A stretch of 64,000 bases of DNA from Candidatus Limnocylindria bacterium (GTDB lineage: Bacteria; Chloroflexota; Limnocylindria; P2-11E), in NCBI GenBank assembly GCA_036570125.1, contig DATCPK010000112.1, positions 398 through 64,397 of the forward strand, written 5' to 3'. This document shows, in pieces, positions 17,678-29,500 of the stretch. The notes beneath the pieces are model-generated. The model saw nothing but the letters and a program-made list of their open reading frames with translations, did not search any database and was not told where the DNA came from. Within the stretch, counting starts at the first letter, position 1; each line of letters opens with the position of its first letter. The position numbers were made by a program, and so were the translations under genes.

Positions 17678-18487
17678 CTACGTGGCTGTAGTCGTAGCAC
17701 GCTGGCCTCGCGAGTCAAGACGCCCACGTGCGCTCAGAATTGGAAGCATGATCGCGCCGCCCACCGCATAGATAAGGCCGAGGAGCTGAGCCTCCTGCAG
17801 CCCGTCGACGAAGAGCGGGTCCAGACGAAGGAATGAGGTGAGGAACCGGAAGCCGCCGAACAGAAGGAGATACGCCCAGTACACGCGACTTTCGGGAGGC
17901 CGTCCGCGGATGAGGCGCCAGTACACGACCAGAGCAACGAAGATCACGACCATGATGAGACCGTCGTAGGCCGCGACCGGATGGACGTAGGTCGTCTGGC
18001 CGAGCGTGGCCGGGTTCGTGTACCGCACGCACCAGGGAAGCCCCGAGCACGCGATGGCGTGGTGCTCGCCGTTGATGATGTCACCGATGCGGCCGATCGC
18101 CTCGCCCAGCGCGATGCCGATCACCGAGATGTCGAACATGAAACCCAGCGGCAAGCGGAGCCGTCGCGCCGCAAAAAACCCAGCGATCGTGGAGCCAACA
18201 GGAGCACCGGCCACGGCGATGCCCCCATTCCAAAACGCCACGAGTTCGAATGGCCGGCCGTCATAGACGCCCCAGTTGTCAGCAACGTGACCGATGCGGG
18301 CCGCGATCAATCCGCCCAGCACCACCGCGATGGCGAATGGATAGAGGCGATCGTCGCGGATGAGGTAGCGGGCCGCGCGGAACGATACGAAGCTGCCGAC
18401 GATCATCCCGACCAGTGAGAAGATCGAATGCCAGGCGAAGCTCAGCGATCCGACGTGAAGATTCGGATCGAAGGGGAGGTCGATCAG
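17678..18487 (-). CDS. lgt: prolipoprotein diacylglyceryl transferase, copy 2 (non-canonical CTG start proposed)
   Basis: Lgt motifs FWNGGIAVAG and GRIGDIINGEHH. The 27 codons upstream of the track ORF's ATG (LIDLPFDPNLHVGSLSFAWHSIFSLVG) align residue-for-residue with copy 1's N-terminus. The only possible initiator there is CTG 18487-18485. Confidence 0.8.
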   Translation of the reverse strand: MIDLPFDPNLHVGSLSFAWHSIFSLVGMIVGSFVSFRAARYLIRDDRLYPFAIAVVLGGLIAARIGHVADNWGVYDGRPFELVAFWNGGIAVAGAPVGSTIAGFFAARRLRLPLGFMFDISVIGIALGEAIGRIGDIINGEHHAIACSGLPWCVRYTNPATLGQTTYVHPVAAYDGLIMVVIFVALVVYWRLIRGRPPESRVYWAYLLLFGGFRFLTSFLRLDPLFVDGLQEAQLLGLIYAVGGAIMLPILSARGRLDSRGQRATTTAT

Positions 18488-19281
18488 ACCGCGAAACTAC
18501 GCGCTTGCGCGCGAGGACGAGTGAGCAGGCGGAACAGCATCGTGACGGCCGCGGCAAACACGAGGACGGCGATGGTCTGATCCTGGCGCAGACCGAAGGC
18601 GTACGTCGGATCGCCGATGCGGAGGAAGCCCAGGACGAAGCGGCCGGCCGCGTAGTGCACGGCCCAGATCCAGAAGATCACGCCATCGGGCCAGCGGCCA
18701 ATGAAGCGGCGGAGCCACAACGTGAGCGCGACCGCCGACAGGTCCCAGATCATGTCGTAGGCGACCACGAGGTGGACCGGCCCCGGCTGGCCGAGCGTGT
18801 CGGGATGCGTGAAGCCGACGCAAATGCCCTCGGGTGGCGTACACGCCGTCGCGTGGTGCTCGCCGTTGATGATGTCGCCGATCCGCCCGATCGCGAACCC
18901 GAGTGCGATTCCCGGTGCCGCCGCATCGGCACCGTAGCCGATCGGCACGCCGCGCCGGATCGCGGCGAGCGTCCCGCCGCCCACGCCGCCGATGGCCGCG
19001 CCCCAGATCGCGATCCCGCCGGTCCAGATGAAGAGGACCTGCTCGGGATGGGCGAGGTAGTACGGCAGCTGGTCGATGACGTGAACGAGCCGCGCGCCGA
19101 CGATGCCGCCGACGACACCCCACGTGGCGACCGCCCAGCCGTCGTCCTCACTGATCCTTCCTCTCAGAAGCCGGAGCGCAAGCCAGACACCAAAGAAGAT
19201 GCCGACGGCCGTGAAGATCCCGTGCCATGCGAGCGTGATCGGCCCGAGATGCACGTTGGGGTCGAAAGGGATCTCGATCAC
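18484..19281 (-). CDS. lgt: prolipoprotein diacylglyceryl transferase, copy 1
   Basis: 265 aa, GTG start. MIEIPFDPNVHLGPITLAWHGIF, IWTGGIAIWG, GRIGDIINGEHH. Confidence 0.9.
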   Translation of the reverse strand: MIEIPFDPNVHLGPITLAWHGIFTAVGIFFGVWLALRLLRGRISEDDGWAVATWGVVGGIVGARLVHVIDQLPYYLAHPEQVLFIWTGGIAIWGAAIGGVGGGTLAAIRRGVPIGYGADAAAPGIALGFAIGRIGDIINGEHHATACTPPEGICVGFTHPDTLGQPGPVHLVVAYDMIWDLSAVALTLWLRRFIGRWPDGVIFWIWAVHYAAGRFVLGFLRIGDPTYAFGLRQDQTIAVLVFAAAVTMLFRLLTRPRAQARSFAV

Positions 19282-19452
19282 AGCTCGCGTCTCGCGGGCC
19301 CGGGGGTCCTGTCCCGGGTTCGGGGCTGCGCGCTCGCCTGCCCGTCCGCTTCGTTGGATTGACTTCCGAGTCCTTGTGACGCGGCGGGCCTACGGCTCGC
19401 GCACAACCCGCTCACCCGTGCCACCCCCGGTCCCGCGCCCGATCCTGCCCGA

Positions 19453-22038
<2,586 letters not shown>

Positions 22039-22058
22039 GGGAGTGCGAGTCGCGATCG

Positions 22059-23048
22059 CTAGGTGACCTGCAGCGGCAGCTGCAACCCGGGCGGGTTGAA
22101 GAGCGCGCCGACGGACTCGCCATCGTGGATCCGTCGAATGGCCTCGGCGAAGAGCGGCGCCACGGTGAGGACCTCGATCTTGCCTGTGTTCGCGGCTGAG
22201 GGTCGGAGGGGCACGGTGTCGGTCGTGATCAGCTTTTCGATCCCCGTGTCGATGAGTTTTTCAGCGGCGTTGCCCGAAAGGAGCGCATGTGTGCAACCAA
22301 CATAGATCTCGTTGACGCCGCGCTCCTGCAGGATGCGGACGGTGTTGAAGATCGTCGTGCCGGTGTCGATCTCGTCGTCGATGATGATCGCGCGCTGCTT
22401 GTCGATGTCTCCGATGACGGCGACGACCTCGCTCCTCCCGCTGTTGTCCCGATGCGTCTTCTGCATGAACACGAGCGGGATCTGCAGAGACTCGGCGATA
22501 CGGCGAGCGGCGTTCGCGTAACCAAGGTCGGGGACGACGAGCGCGACACCGTTCGGGTCCTTCTCGACGATCGAGCGGAAGGCTTCGATGAGTAGGTTGC
22601 GCGCCGAGAGCTCGTCGCCGGGGATCGAGAAGAATCCCTGGATCTGCATCTGGTGCATGTCCATCGTCAGGAAGCGGTCCGCACCGGCGACCCCGATCAG
22701 ATCGGCGAGCAGCCGCGCGGTGATCGGCACGCGAGGCTGGTCCTTCTTGTCGCTCCGACCGTACGCGTAGTACGGCATGACCGCGGTGATGCGGCCGGCG
22801 GAAGCGCGCTTGAACGCGTCGAGCATGATCAGAAGCTCCATGATCGCGTCGCTGACCGACGGACCGACGAGCGACTGCACGATGTAGACGTCGTGCTCGC
22901 GCGCGTTCTCGTTGATCTTGACGAAGATGTTGTCGTTCGCAAATTTGGTGACGTCGGCGTCGCCGAGCGGGACCTCCAGATGGGCGGCAATGTCTCTCGC
23001 GAACTTGGGGTGGGCGTTTCCGGTGTAGACGGACAGTCCTCGGAACAC
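22059..23048 (-). CDS. prs: ribose-phosphate pyrophosphokinase
   Basis: 329 aa. PYYAYGRSDKK, HQMQIQGFF and PRPP-binding loop IIIDDEIDTGTT. Confidence 0.95.
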   Translation of the reverse strand: MFRGLSVYTGNAHPKFARDIAAHLEVPLGDADVTKFANDNIFVKINENAREHDVYIVQSLVGPSVSDAIMELLIMLDAFKRASAGRITAVMPYYAYGRSDKKDQPRVPITARLLADLIGVAGADRFLTMDMHQMQIQGFFSIPGDELSARNLLIEAFRSIVEKDPNGVALVVPDLGYANAARRIAESLQIPLVFMQKTHRDNSGRSEVVAVIGDIDKQRAIIIDDEIDTGTTIFNTVRILQERGVNEIYVGCTHALLSGNAAEKLIDTGIEKLITTDTVPLRPSAANTGKIEVLTVAPLFAEAIRRIHDGESVGALFNPPGLQLPLQVT

Positions 23049-23084
23049 GGCTCCCCTCCTGCCGCGGATCGCAGGTCGTCCTGC

Positions 23085-23291
23085 ATGAAAAGTATACGGG
23101 CGCTAGCCTCCGATTTCGTGACCATCGCGACGGGCCATCGGCTGCGCTGGACGGTGGTCTGGGTGCTCGTCATCGCGTGGTTCGTGGCGCAGGCGGCCAA
23201 CTTCGGGGGCAACGCCATTCACCTGGTATTGCTGGTCGCGATCGGCCTCCTGGTGTACGAACTGCTCGCGGAGGACGCCCCCGCCACCTGA
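23085..23291 (+). CDS. small membrane protein (lmo0937-like, tentative)
   Basis: C-terminal part of a longer track ORF. Two hydrophobic helices with GGNAIHLVLLVAIGLLVY resembling the GG-x-LIHLLLV motif of that family. Start is ATG 23085 or GTG 23118. Confidence 0.45.
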   Translation: MKSIRALASDFVTIATGHRLRWTVVWVLVIAWFVAQAANFGGNAIHLVLLVAIGLLVYELLAEDAPAT

Positions 23292-23297
23292 CACCGG

Positions 23298-24056
23298 CTA
23301 TCTCGGCGCGAGACGTCTCCCGGCCATGAATCGCTCCCGGTCGAGCGCGGCGCCGGCGATCATTGCGTCGGTCTTGTCCAGCGGTTTGATTTCGAAGTGC
23401 GTGTCGGTACCCACCGAGAAGAGCGCGCCGGCGCGCGCGGCGCGCATCAAGAATTCCCGGTGCGGAACGCCGTAGCTCTCGTTGATCTCGATCGCGATCC
23501 GACCCTTGACGCACAGGTCGATGAGCCGCTCCTGCCATTCCTCCGGATAGACGCGCTCGGGATCGCCGAGCGCCTGAAGCGCCGAGAAGGTGGGGTGCCC
23601 GAGGATGTCGATGCGATCGCGGTCGATGCCCTCGGCGACGACCTCGAGGGTGCGCTCGAGTATTCGCTTCTGCAGCTCGGGATCGGAGAAGCGCTCGCGT
23701 TCCTTCCAGCTCTTGATGCGGCCCTTCACGAACGCACCTGCGTCGTCGTATCTGATGAATGTGCCATCGAGGTCGATCTGATGGATCGCTCCGATCATGT
23801 AGTGCAGCGACTCGCGTGTCTCAGCGCCGAGAGGCGGCGCTACACCGAGGTCGTACTCGAGCCCGACCCGCAGTCCGAGGCGTGACGCTTCATCGATGTA
23901 GCGCTTGACGGCATCTTCGTTCGGCAGCTTGTCGCGCCAGGGGTAGTGGTCCGACACGCCGTGTGGCCGCACCGCGACGCTCTTCGCCCGGTCCGCGAGA
24001 GAGACCGTTCCGTCGGAGCGGTCGCTGTGGACGTGGTGATCGAAAAGCGCGCTCAC
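23298..24056 (-). CDS. PHP-domain metal-dependent phosphoesterase
   Basis: FDHHVHSDRSDG N-terminal PHP motif, further His/Asp motifs (GAIHQID, ILGHP, GTDTH). GTG 24056 gives a GTGA overlap with the upstream gene. Confidence 0.75.
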   Translation of the reverse strand: MSALFDHHVHSDRSDGTVSLADRAKSVAVRPHGVSDHYPWRDKLPNEDAVKRYIDEASRLGLRVGLEYDLGVAPPLGAETRESLHYMIGAIHQIDLDGTFIRYDDAGAFVKGRIKSWKERERFSDPELQKRILERTLEVVAEGIDRDRIDILGHPTFSALQALGDPERVYPEEWQERLIDLCVKGRIAIEINESYGVPHREFLMRAARAGALFSVGTDTHFEIKPLDKTDAMIAGAALDRERFMAGRRLAPR

Positions 24057-25156
24057 GTCTCGGGGTGCCCGGCCCAGGCGGCCTCGACCATGGTCCACAG
24101 CACGCCGGAGACGAGGGTGTGACCGCCTAACAAAAGCGGGAACGGCGCCTCGCGCGCAGCCTCGGTGAACTCACGCAGCGGCTTCGACTGGATCCGCTCG
24201 GCCATGAAGAGATACGACGCGAAGCGCTCCGCCGCGCCGGGGCGCCAGCCCAGGTGCGCGAAGAGGACGAGGGTGTCGAAGAGCATGCCGTCGCACAGCT
24301 CCCGCATCCGCGCGAAGAACTCGCGCGGACCGATCTTCTCGTAGAGGAAGCCCAGCGCGCTGCGCGCCTCGCCGGACGTGTCGCGGCCCGCGGCCTGCAT
24401 CCCGCGCTCTTCCGCCAGCATCCGCACGCGACACGCGGTCTGCGTCTCGATGAACGTCCACACCGGGGCGCCGACACGACCCGCGACGAGCAGCTCCTTG
24501 TCGGGCGTCGTCACCAGGCGCATGAGCGCCTCGATGCGCTCGGCGAGGATCTCCTGCCACGCTGGGAGCGAGCGGAGCTCGGGCGGGCACTTGGGGTGAC
24601 GCGCGAGAAGCGCGGCGTCGGTCGGCGTGTCGACATCGAGCAGCGTCGCCGCCGACTTCGCGAGCTGCCGCGATGAGAGGCCAGCCTGCTGATGCAGGCG
24701 GCGCGGCAGCGGGTTGTCGGTCGCCGGCAGATCGATCGCGTCGAGCGCCGACGCCGGCGTGAACGCGATGAGGTCCGCGGAGTAGGCGTTGTTCGAGAGG
24801 ACGACGGCCTCGCTGGATTCAAGATCTTCGCGCAGTGCGCGCAGCTCGCTCGTCTCGAGCAGAGCGCCAGCCCCGGCGCCGATGGTGCAGACGCGATCGA
24901 GCTTCTTCTCGTGGACGATCCGCGAAAGCTCCTGACCGAAATGGAATGGCTCGGTACGCACGGGAAGGATCGCCGCGCCCTTGCCGCGGAAGACCGCCGC
25001 CGCCTCGTCGTCGTTCGTGACCGCGTAGAGGCGATTGAAACCGGCGTCCGCGGCACGGCCCAGCACGACACCGCCGATTGCGAGCTTCACCGTGTCCAGC
25101 TGTCGCTCGAGGTCGCTCGAGCCACCGCGCCCGAAGAAGATCAGAAACGCGCTCAC
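24053..25156 (-). CDS. hypothetical protein; N-terminal half weakly CofC/MobA-like nucleotidyltransferase fold
   Basis: 367 aa with coding-like codon usage. LLDVDTPTDAALL resembles the DvDtpeDL motif that closes MobA/CofC-type NTase domains. C-terminal 160 aa not recognised. 4-nt overlaps on both sides. Confidence 0.6.
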   Translation of the reverse strand: MSAFLIFFGRGGSSDLERQLDTVKLAIGGVVLGRAADAGFNRLYAVTNDDEAAAVFRGKGAAILPVRTEPFHFGQELSRIVHEKKLDRVCTIGAGAGALLETSELRALREDLESSEAVVLSNNAYSADLIAFTPASALDAIDLPATDNPLPRRLHQQAGLSSRQLAKSAATLLDVDTPTDAALLARHPKCPPELRSLPAWQEILAERIEALMRLVTTPDKELLVAGRVGAPVWTFIETQTACRVRMLAEERGMQAAGRDTSGEARSALGFLYEKIGPREFFARMRELCDGMLFDTLVLFAHLGWRPGAAERFASYLFMAERIQSKPLREFTEAAREAPFPLLLGGHTLVSGVLWTMVEAAWAGHPET

Positions 25157-26616
25157 ACCTGCGACGCTAGCTCACTCCCGCGATAGGCACGCAGCTCGAG
25201 CCGCACCAGCAAGACAAGCACGAGGGCGCTCAGAGCGGCCCCGGCGATGGCGCGCTCGTCCGCGGTCGGCACGAGCCGCAGGACCGCGAGCCACTGCGGA
25301 TCGCTCCAGTTGAAGAGCTTCGACGGGTCGTCGTTGACGTTGACCGGGAACGTGTCCCAGGACTTGTCGTAGAGGAAGGCGGCGGCCTGAAAGAGCACGA
25401 ACGACCACGCCGCCATCAGGAAGAAGACCACGCGCGCGAGGCGCGATCCCAACATGCCAACGGACGTTCCCCACGCGAGTGCAGCGAAAAGGACGGGCGC
25501 GAAATCGTCAAGGAAACGCGAGCCGAACACGCGGCCGCCCCACCACTCCGAGTACATCGCGTACAGCACGAGCGCCGCTATCCACGCGAGGGACAGCCCG
25601 CGCAGCCGACCAGCGACCTCGCCCGGCCATCGCCACGCGCGGAGAAGGGCGACGAACGCGAAGATCAGGTACGGCGTGTAGACGAAAAGGCCGCGCGACG
25701 GAGAGGCCAGGAGGCCATAGAGGCCGGTCTGGATCGGGGTGGCGAACATCTTGACCCCGTACCCCTGCTCGAACGGCGAGCCGAAGGCGAGATCGTTGTA
25801 GGCGAGGAGCGGGGCGATCCCGATGGCCGCACCGAGGAGCATGGCGAAGATCCTCGTCGGACGGAAGCCATGGAGGCCGACCGCGACGAGCCCCGTCGTC
25901 TGGCGCACCACGGAACCGAGACCGAGCACCAGGCCAGCGGCAAGATCGCGCGACAGCGGGACGGCCTCCTCGCGGAGGACGAGCCAGAGCGCCGACGCCA
26001 CCGCCAGGTGCACTCCCGAGTGCTGCCAGAGCGCCTGGCTCGCGACGGTCCGGACGCTCGTCGCGAGGAAGTAGAGAAGGATCAGCGCGAGAGACCAGCG
26101 CGGCGTCGCAAAGCGACGCAGCACCGACCAGAGAACGAGGGTCGCGAGTATTTCGACGATCGCCGCGACGACGTGACCACCGTGCACGAGCAGCCCGAGG
26201 TCGAGCGGGTCCCAGCCTGTGAGGACGAACGGCGCGAAGAACGGCAGCGCGAGGATCCCCATCCCCGGCGGGAACACGGAGCACACGTGATCGTTCGGAC
26301 CGGGCGCCGGTGGACCGCCGAGGCTTCGCTTCGCCGTCGGCGGCGCCGTCGCGGTCGACACGCCGCACGCCCGGAAGAAATAGGCCTCGCGGTCGAGCTT
26401 GGCCGTGGTCCCCGCGCCGGCCACGGTGAACTCGTCGTAGTCGACGTCGTGCTCGTTGATCACGGTCCACGCGAAGAGCGCGTTCGGAAGCACGTCCGGC
26501 GACCAGAGACCAGGTGCTTCCCCGCCCGGCGTTTGCTCCGGACGGATGTCGTTCAGATTGGCGAACGCGAGGACGAACAGCAGAAGGCCACGCACCAACC
26601 AGCGCGAGCGCGTCAT
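25153..26616 (-). CDS. polytopic membrane protein, GT-C-like glycosyltransferase architecture (tentative)
   Basis: 487 aa. TM1, then a ~110-aa loop with an acidic cluster (NEHDVDYDEF), then about 10 more TM helices. Architecture is like ArnT/PMT/DUF2029-type GT-C enzymes. No family assignment is possible by eye. Confidence 0.6.
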   Translation of the reverse strand: MTRSRWLVRGLLLFVLAFANLNDIRPEQTPGGEAPGLWSPDVLPNALFAWTVINEHDVDYDEFTVAGAGTTAKLDREAYFFRACGVSTATAPPTAKRSLGGPPAPGPNDHVCSVFPPGMGILALPFFAPFVLTGWDPLDLGLLVHGGHVVAAIVEILATLVLWSVLRRFATPRWSLALILLYFLATSVRTVASQALWQHSGVHLAVASALWLVLREEAVPLSRDLAAGLVLGLGSVVRQTTGLVAVGLHGFRPTRIFAMLLGAAIGIAPLLAYNDLAFGSPFEQGYGVKMFATPIQTGLYGLLASPSRGLFVYTPYLIFAFVALLRAWRWPGEVAGRLRGLSLAWIAALVLYAMYSEWWGGRVFGSRFLDDFAPVLFAALAWGTSVGMLGSRLARVVFFLMAAWSFVLFQAAAFLYDKSWDTFPVNVNDDPSKLFNWSDPQWLAVLRLVPTADERAIAGAALSALVLVLLVRLELRAYRGSELASQV

Positions 26617-27236
26617 TCCTCGGCCGCCACGACATATGCACGCACCGCGCGCGCTCCGGCCGCACGTGCCGCGGCGGCCGCGTCGAAGAGCGTCGCGCCG
26701 GTCGTGGCCACGTCGTCCACGAGCGCGACGCGCAGCCCGCGGAGCGAGCCGACCTCCGCGACGAACGCTCCCCGGACGTTCGCCGCACGCGCCACCCGAT
26801 CGAGCTCGACCTGCGGGCGGCCGCCGCGTATGCGGTGCAGCGCCGGCCGGAGGGGCAGCCCGGTGTGCGCCGCGACGGCGTCAGCGAGCAGTGCCGCCTG
26901 GTCGTACCCACGCGCGGAGGCGCGTGACTTGTGAAGGGGGACCGGGACGATCGCGTCCAGGGTCGTGCCGCGCGCCAGGTCGCGCGCAAGCTCGAGCGCG
27001 ACGAGCCCTCCGAGGTCCTGGGCCAGGCCCGGCTCGGCGCCGTACTTGAGCCGGTGGACCGCCGCGCGGAGCGGGCCGGCGTGCGCGCCCGCCGCGCGGA
27101 TCGCAAGGCGGCCGTCGTGCGCGACGGGCTCGCATTGAACTCGGCAGGGAACGCAGAACCAGCTCCCGGGCTCGCCGCAGCCCGCGCAGCGCGGCGCCAG
27201 CAGGACGTCGCGGACCCCGAGCGCGAGCTCCATCAC
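26613..27236 (-). CDS. comFC: ComF family protein (phosphoribosyltransferase-like, ComFC)
   Basis: 207 aa. N-terminal 4-Cys zinc ribbon CAGCGEPGSWFCVPC, RGYDQAALLA, and PRTase loop VALVDDVATTGATL. Confidence 0.85.
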   Translation of the reverse strand: MMELALGVRDVLLAPRCAGCGEPGSWFCVPCRVQCEPVAHDGRLAIRAAGAHAGPLRAAVHRLKYGAEPGLAQDLGGLVALELARDLARGTTLDAIVPVPLHKSRASARGYDQAALLADAVAAHTGLPLRPALHRIRGGRPQVELDRVARAANVRGAFVAEVGSLRGLRVALVDDVATTGATLFDAAAAARAAGARAVRAYVVAAEE

Positions 27237-27562
27237 CTGGCGGCCGCCTCCGACGAGATGAGTTCGTCACCGGCTTGCGTGCCGGTCCGCGCCGCCGTTC
27301 CGGCCGGCAGCTCGAGCACGCTATCGGTGCCACGGGGCGCGCCGATGGCCGGCACCCACGGACGGAGGTTCGGGGAGACCCGCAGGACGCGCATCGACCG
27401 GTCCAGGAAGACCGCGTCGATGGCGAAGCGCATGAAGAACATCGTGATCGATCCGGTCTTCGTGATGAGCAGGCCCTCACCGTCAGCGAGTCCGGATCGG
27501 GGAATCAGGCCGAAGCCTCGGGTCAGGAAGCTGTTGGCGACGTCACAGCGCGTGGCGACCAC
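27233..27562 (-). CDS. DUF192 (COG1430) domain protein
   Basis: 109 aa. FLTRGFGL...GLLI...SITMFFMRFAIDAVFLD...VLELPAG matches the DUF192 pattern. Confidence 0.75.
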   Translation of the reverse strand: MVATRCDVANSFLTRGFGLIPRSGLADGEGLLITKTGSITMFFMRFAIDAVFLDRSMRVLRVSPNLRPWVPAIGAPRGTDSVLELPAGTAARTGTQAGDELISSEAAAR

Positions 27563-27608
27563 AGTCCCGCGTGTGCGGTTCGTGATCGTGAGTGGGCCGC
27601 GGAGCGTT

Positions 27609-28523
27609 CTAGACCGAGCCGCAGGACTTCATCGCGGACAGCGCGGCGGGTGCCAGGATGACGATGAAGAGCGAGGGGAAGATACAGCCGACGGTCGGGA
27701 GCATGATCAGGATCGGGGCGCGCGCGGCCTTCTCCTCGGCGCGCTGGCGGCGGTCGGTGCGCATCTGCTCGGACTGGATCCGCAAAACCTTCGACATCGA
27801 AACACCGAGCTGGTCGGCCTGGATGATCGCCGAGATGAGATTCTGCAGCTCTTTGACCTCGACCCGCTCGTTGATGCCGCGCAGCGCTTCCTGCCGCGAC
27901 TTGCCGACACGCTGCTCGGCCGCGGATCGCTTGAGCTCGTCGGTGAGCGGCCCTTTCATCTTCTCCGTGACCTTGATGATCGCAGCGTCGAAGCCAAGAC
28001 CTGCCTCGACCGAGATCGTGAGCAGGTCGAGCGCGTCCGGGAGCTGGTCGAGGATCGCGTTGGCCCGGCCGCCGGCGCGGCTATTGAGGTAGAAGTCCGG
28101 GATGAGGAAGCCGAGGACGAGGCCACCGAACAGACCACCGATCGTGAACAGCGTGTCGCCGGTGATGAGGTTCAGCAGGGAAGACGCCGCGATGGCGCCG
28201 ACGATCCCCACGAACGCCTTGACCCCAAGGAAGAACTCGACGCTCGTCGTCTCCATCGCGGCGCGCTTGAGCCGGATCTGGAGAGACCGCGCCGTGTTCG
28301 CCGGGTAGAAGCGAGAGATGACGGCCGCGAGCCCCTGCACGATCGGCTTCAGGGTCCGCTCGGCGATGGGGCGCTGCAGCTCGAGCTCTTCGAGAGTCCT
28401 CGGTCGGACGGAGATCTGCTGGAGTCGTGCCTGCACCGGGTCGAGCTGCTGCCCGACGAGGAACGACGCGAACACGAGGAAGACTCCGAACGCTACGACG
28501 CCGGCGAGAATCAGAATTTCCAC
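27609..28523 (-). CDS. tadC: type II secretion system F-family protein (TadC)
   Basis: Start at GTG 28523, 2 nt after the tadB stop (VEILILAGVVAF...). T2SSF domain (LPDALDLLTISVEAGLGFDAAI) and C-terminal TM pair. Confidence 0.85.
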   Translation of the reverse strand: MEILILAGVVAFGVFLVFASFLVGQQLDPVQARLQQISVRPRTLEELELQRPIAERTLKPIVQGLAAVISRFYPANTARSLQIRLKRAAMETTSVEFFLGVKAFVGIVGAIAASSLLNLITGDTLFTIGGLFGGLVLGFLIPDFYLNSRAGGRANAILDQLPDALDLLTISVEAGLGFDAAIIKVTEKMKGPLTDELKRSAAEQRVGKSRQEALRGINERVEVKELQNLISAIIQADQLGVSMSKVLRIQSEQMRTDRRQRAEEKAARAPILIMLPTVGCIFPSLFIVILAPAALSAMKSCGSV

Positions 28524-28525
28524 TC

Positions 28526-29500
28526 TTAAACCTTGATGTTCGTGATCTTCTGGATCGCGAAGAACCCGATGAGCATCATGATCCCGCCGCACACGAGCAG
28601 GATCTGTCCGATCGTCTCCGTGAAGAGCGGCTGCATGAACTCAGGGTTGATGAAGTTCAGCGTGACCATGATCGCGATCGGCAGGAACGCGACGAGGTAA
28701 CCCGAGTAGCGGCCCTGGGCGGTCAGCGTGCGGATCTCGCCTTTGATCCGGACGCGCTCGCGGATCGTGAACGCGATCGTGTCGAGGATTTCCGCAAGGT
28801 TTCCACCGACCTGCTGCTGCACGCCGATGGCGGTCACCATGAGGTCGAGGTCGTCGCTCTTGATGCGCCGGACGAGGTTGGAGAGTGCCTCCTCCATGCT
28901 CAGACCGAGGTTCACCTCGCGAACGACGCGGCCCATCTCAGGTCCCATCGGCGCCGGCGATTCGCGCGACACGAGCTCGATCGACTGGAGGAAGCTCGAG
29001 CCCGCGCGAAGGGAGTTCGACAAAAGTGTGATCGTGTCGGGAAGCTGCTTGTTAAAAGCATTGAGGCGGCTGCCGATGCGCCGGCCGACCCAGATGCGCG
29101 GGAGGAAGTAGCCGAGGATCGCGCCGACCACCGCGGAGAGCGGGTCGCGAAGCAGCAGAAGCACCGCGGCGAGGCCGAGCGAGAGGCCGACGCGGATGTA
29201 GTAGTACTCGGCGACTCGCAGGCGCAGGTCCGCGCGTGCGAGGTCACGCTGGACTTTCGAGCTGAAGCGCTTGTCCTGTACGTCGCCGGAAAGCGTCGCG
29301 AATGGATCGATCTCCCGGCGCCCCTTCTTCCGCTCTTTCTTCGCCTCGGGCGTAGCGGTCTGGGTGCCGCCGGCGTAGCGCTGCATGCGCGCGCCGAGCG
29401 ATTCGGGCGACCCGCCGCCGAGCATCGAGGAGATGCCCCAGAAAAAGAGCAACACGCCGATGAAGGCGGTCGCCGGGATGATGTACTCGAGACCGATCAA
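28526..29500 (-). CDS. tadB: type II secretion system F-family protein (TadB)
   Basis: Start at TTG 29500 (TTGA overlap with the cpaF stop). T2SSF domain (LPDTITLLSNSLRAGSSFLQSI). The upstream part of the 430-aa track ORF is out-of-frame overlap with cpaF. Confidence 0.85.
   Translation of the reverse strand: MIGLEYIIPATAFIGVLLFFWGISSMLGGGSPESLGARMQRYAGGTQTATPEAKKERKKGRREIDPFATLSGDVQDKRFSSKVQRDLARADLRLRVAEYYYIRVGLSLGLAAVLLLLRDPLSAVVGAILGYFLPRIWVGRRIGSRLNAFNKQLPDTITLLSNSLRAGSSFLQSIELVSRESPAPMGPEMGRVVREVNLGLSMEEALSNLVRRIKSDDLDLMVTAIGVQQQVGGNLAEILDTIAFTIRERVRIKGEIRTLTAQGRYSGYLVAFLPIAIMVTLNFINPEFMQPLFTETIGQILLVCGGIMMLIGFFAIQKITNIKV

Noticed and set aside
18481-18500. Programmed -1 frameshift fusing lgt copy 1 to copy 2
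   Set aside because: The copy-2 frame is -1 relative to copy 1, but it opens only 3 codons before the junction. There is no X-XXY-YYZ slippery heptamer. Reinitiation at CTG is the simpler reading.
19405-19424. TGGCACGGGTGAGCG upstream of lgt copy 1
   Set aside because: The GC dinucleotide falls one position too early for a -12 element, and there is no TTGC-like box.
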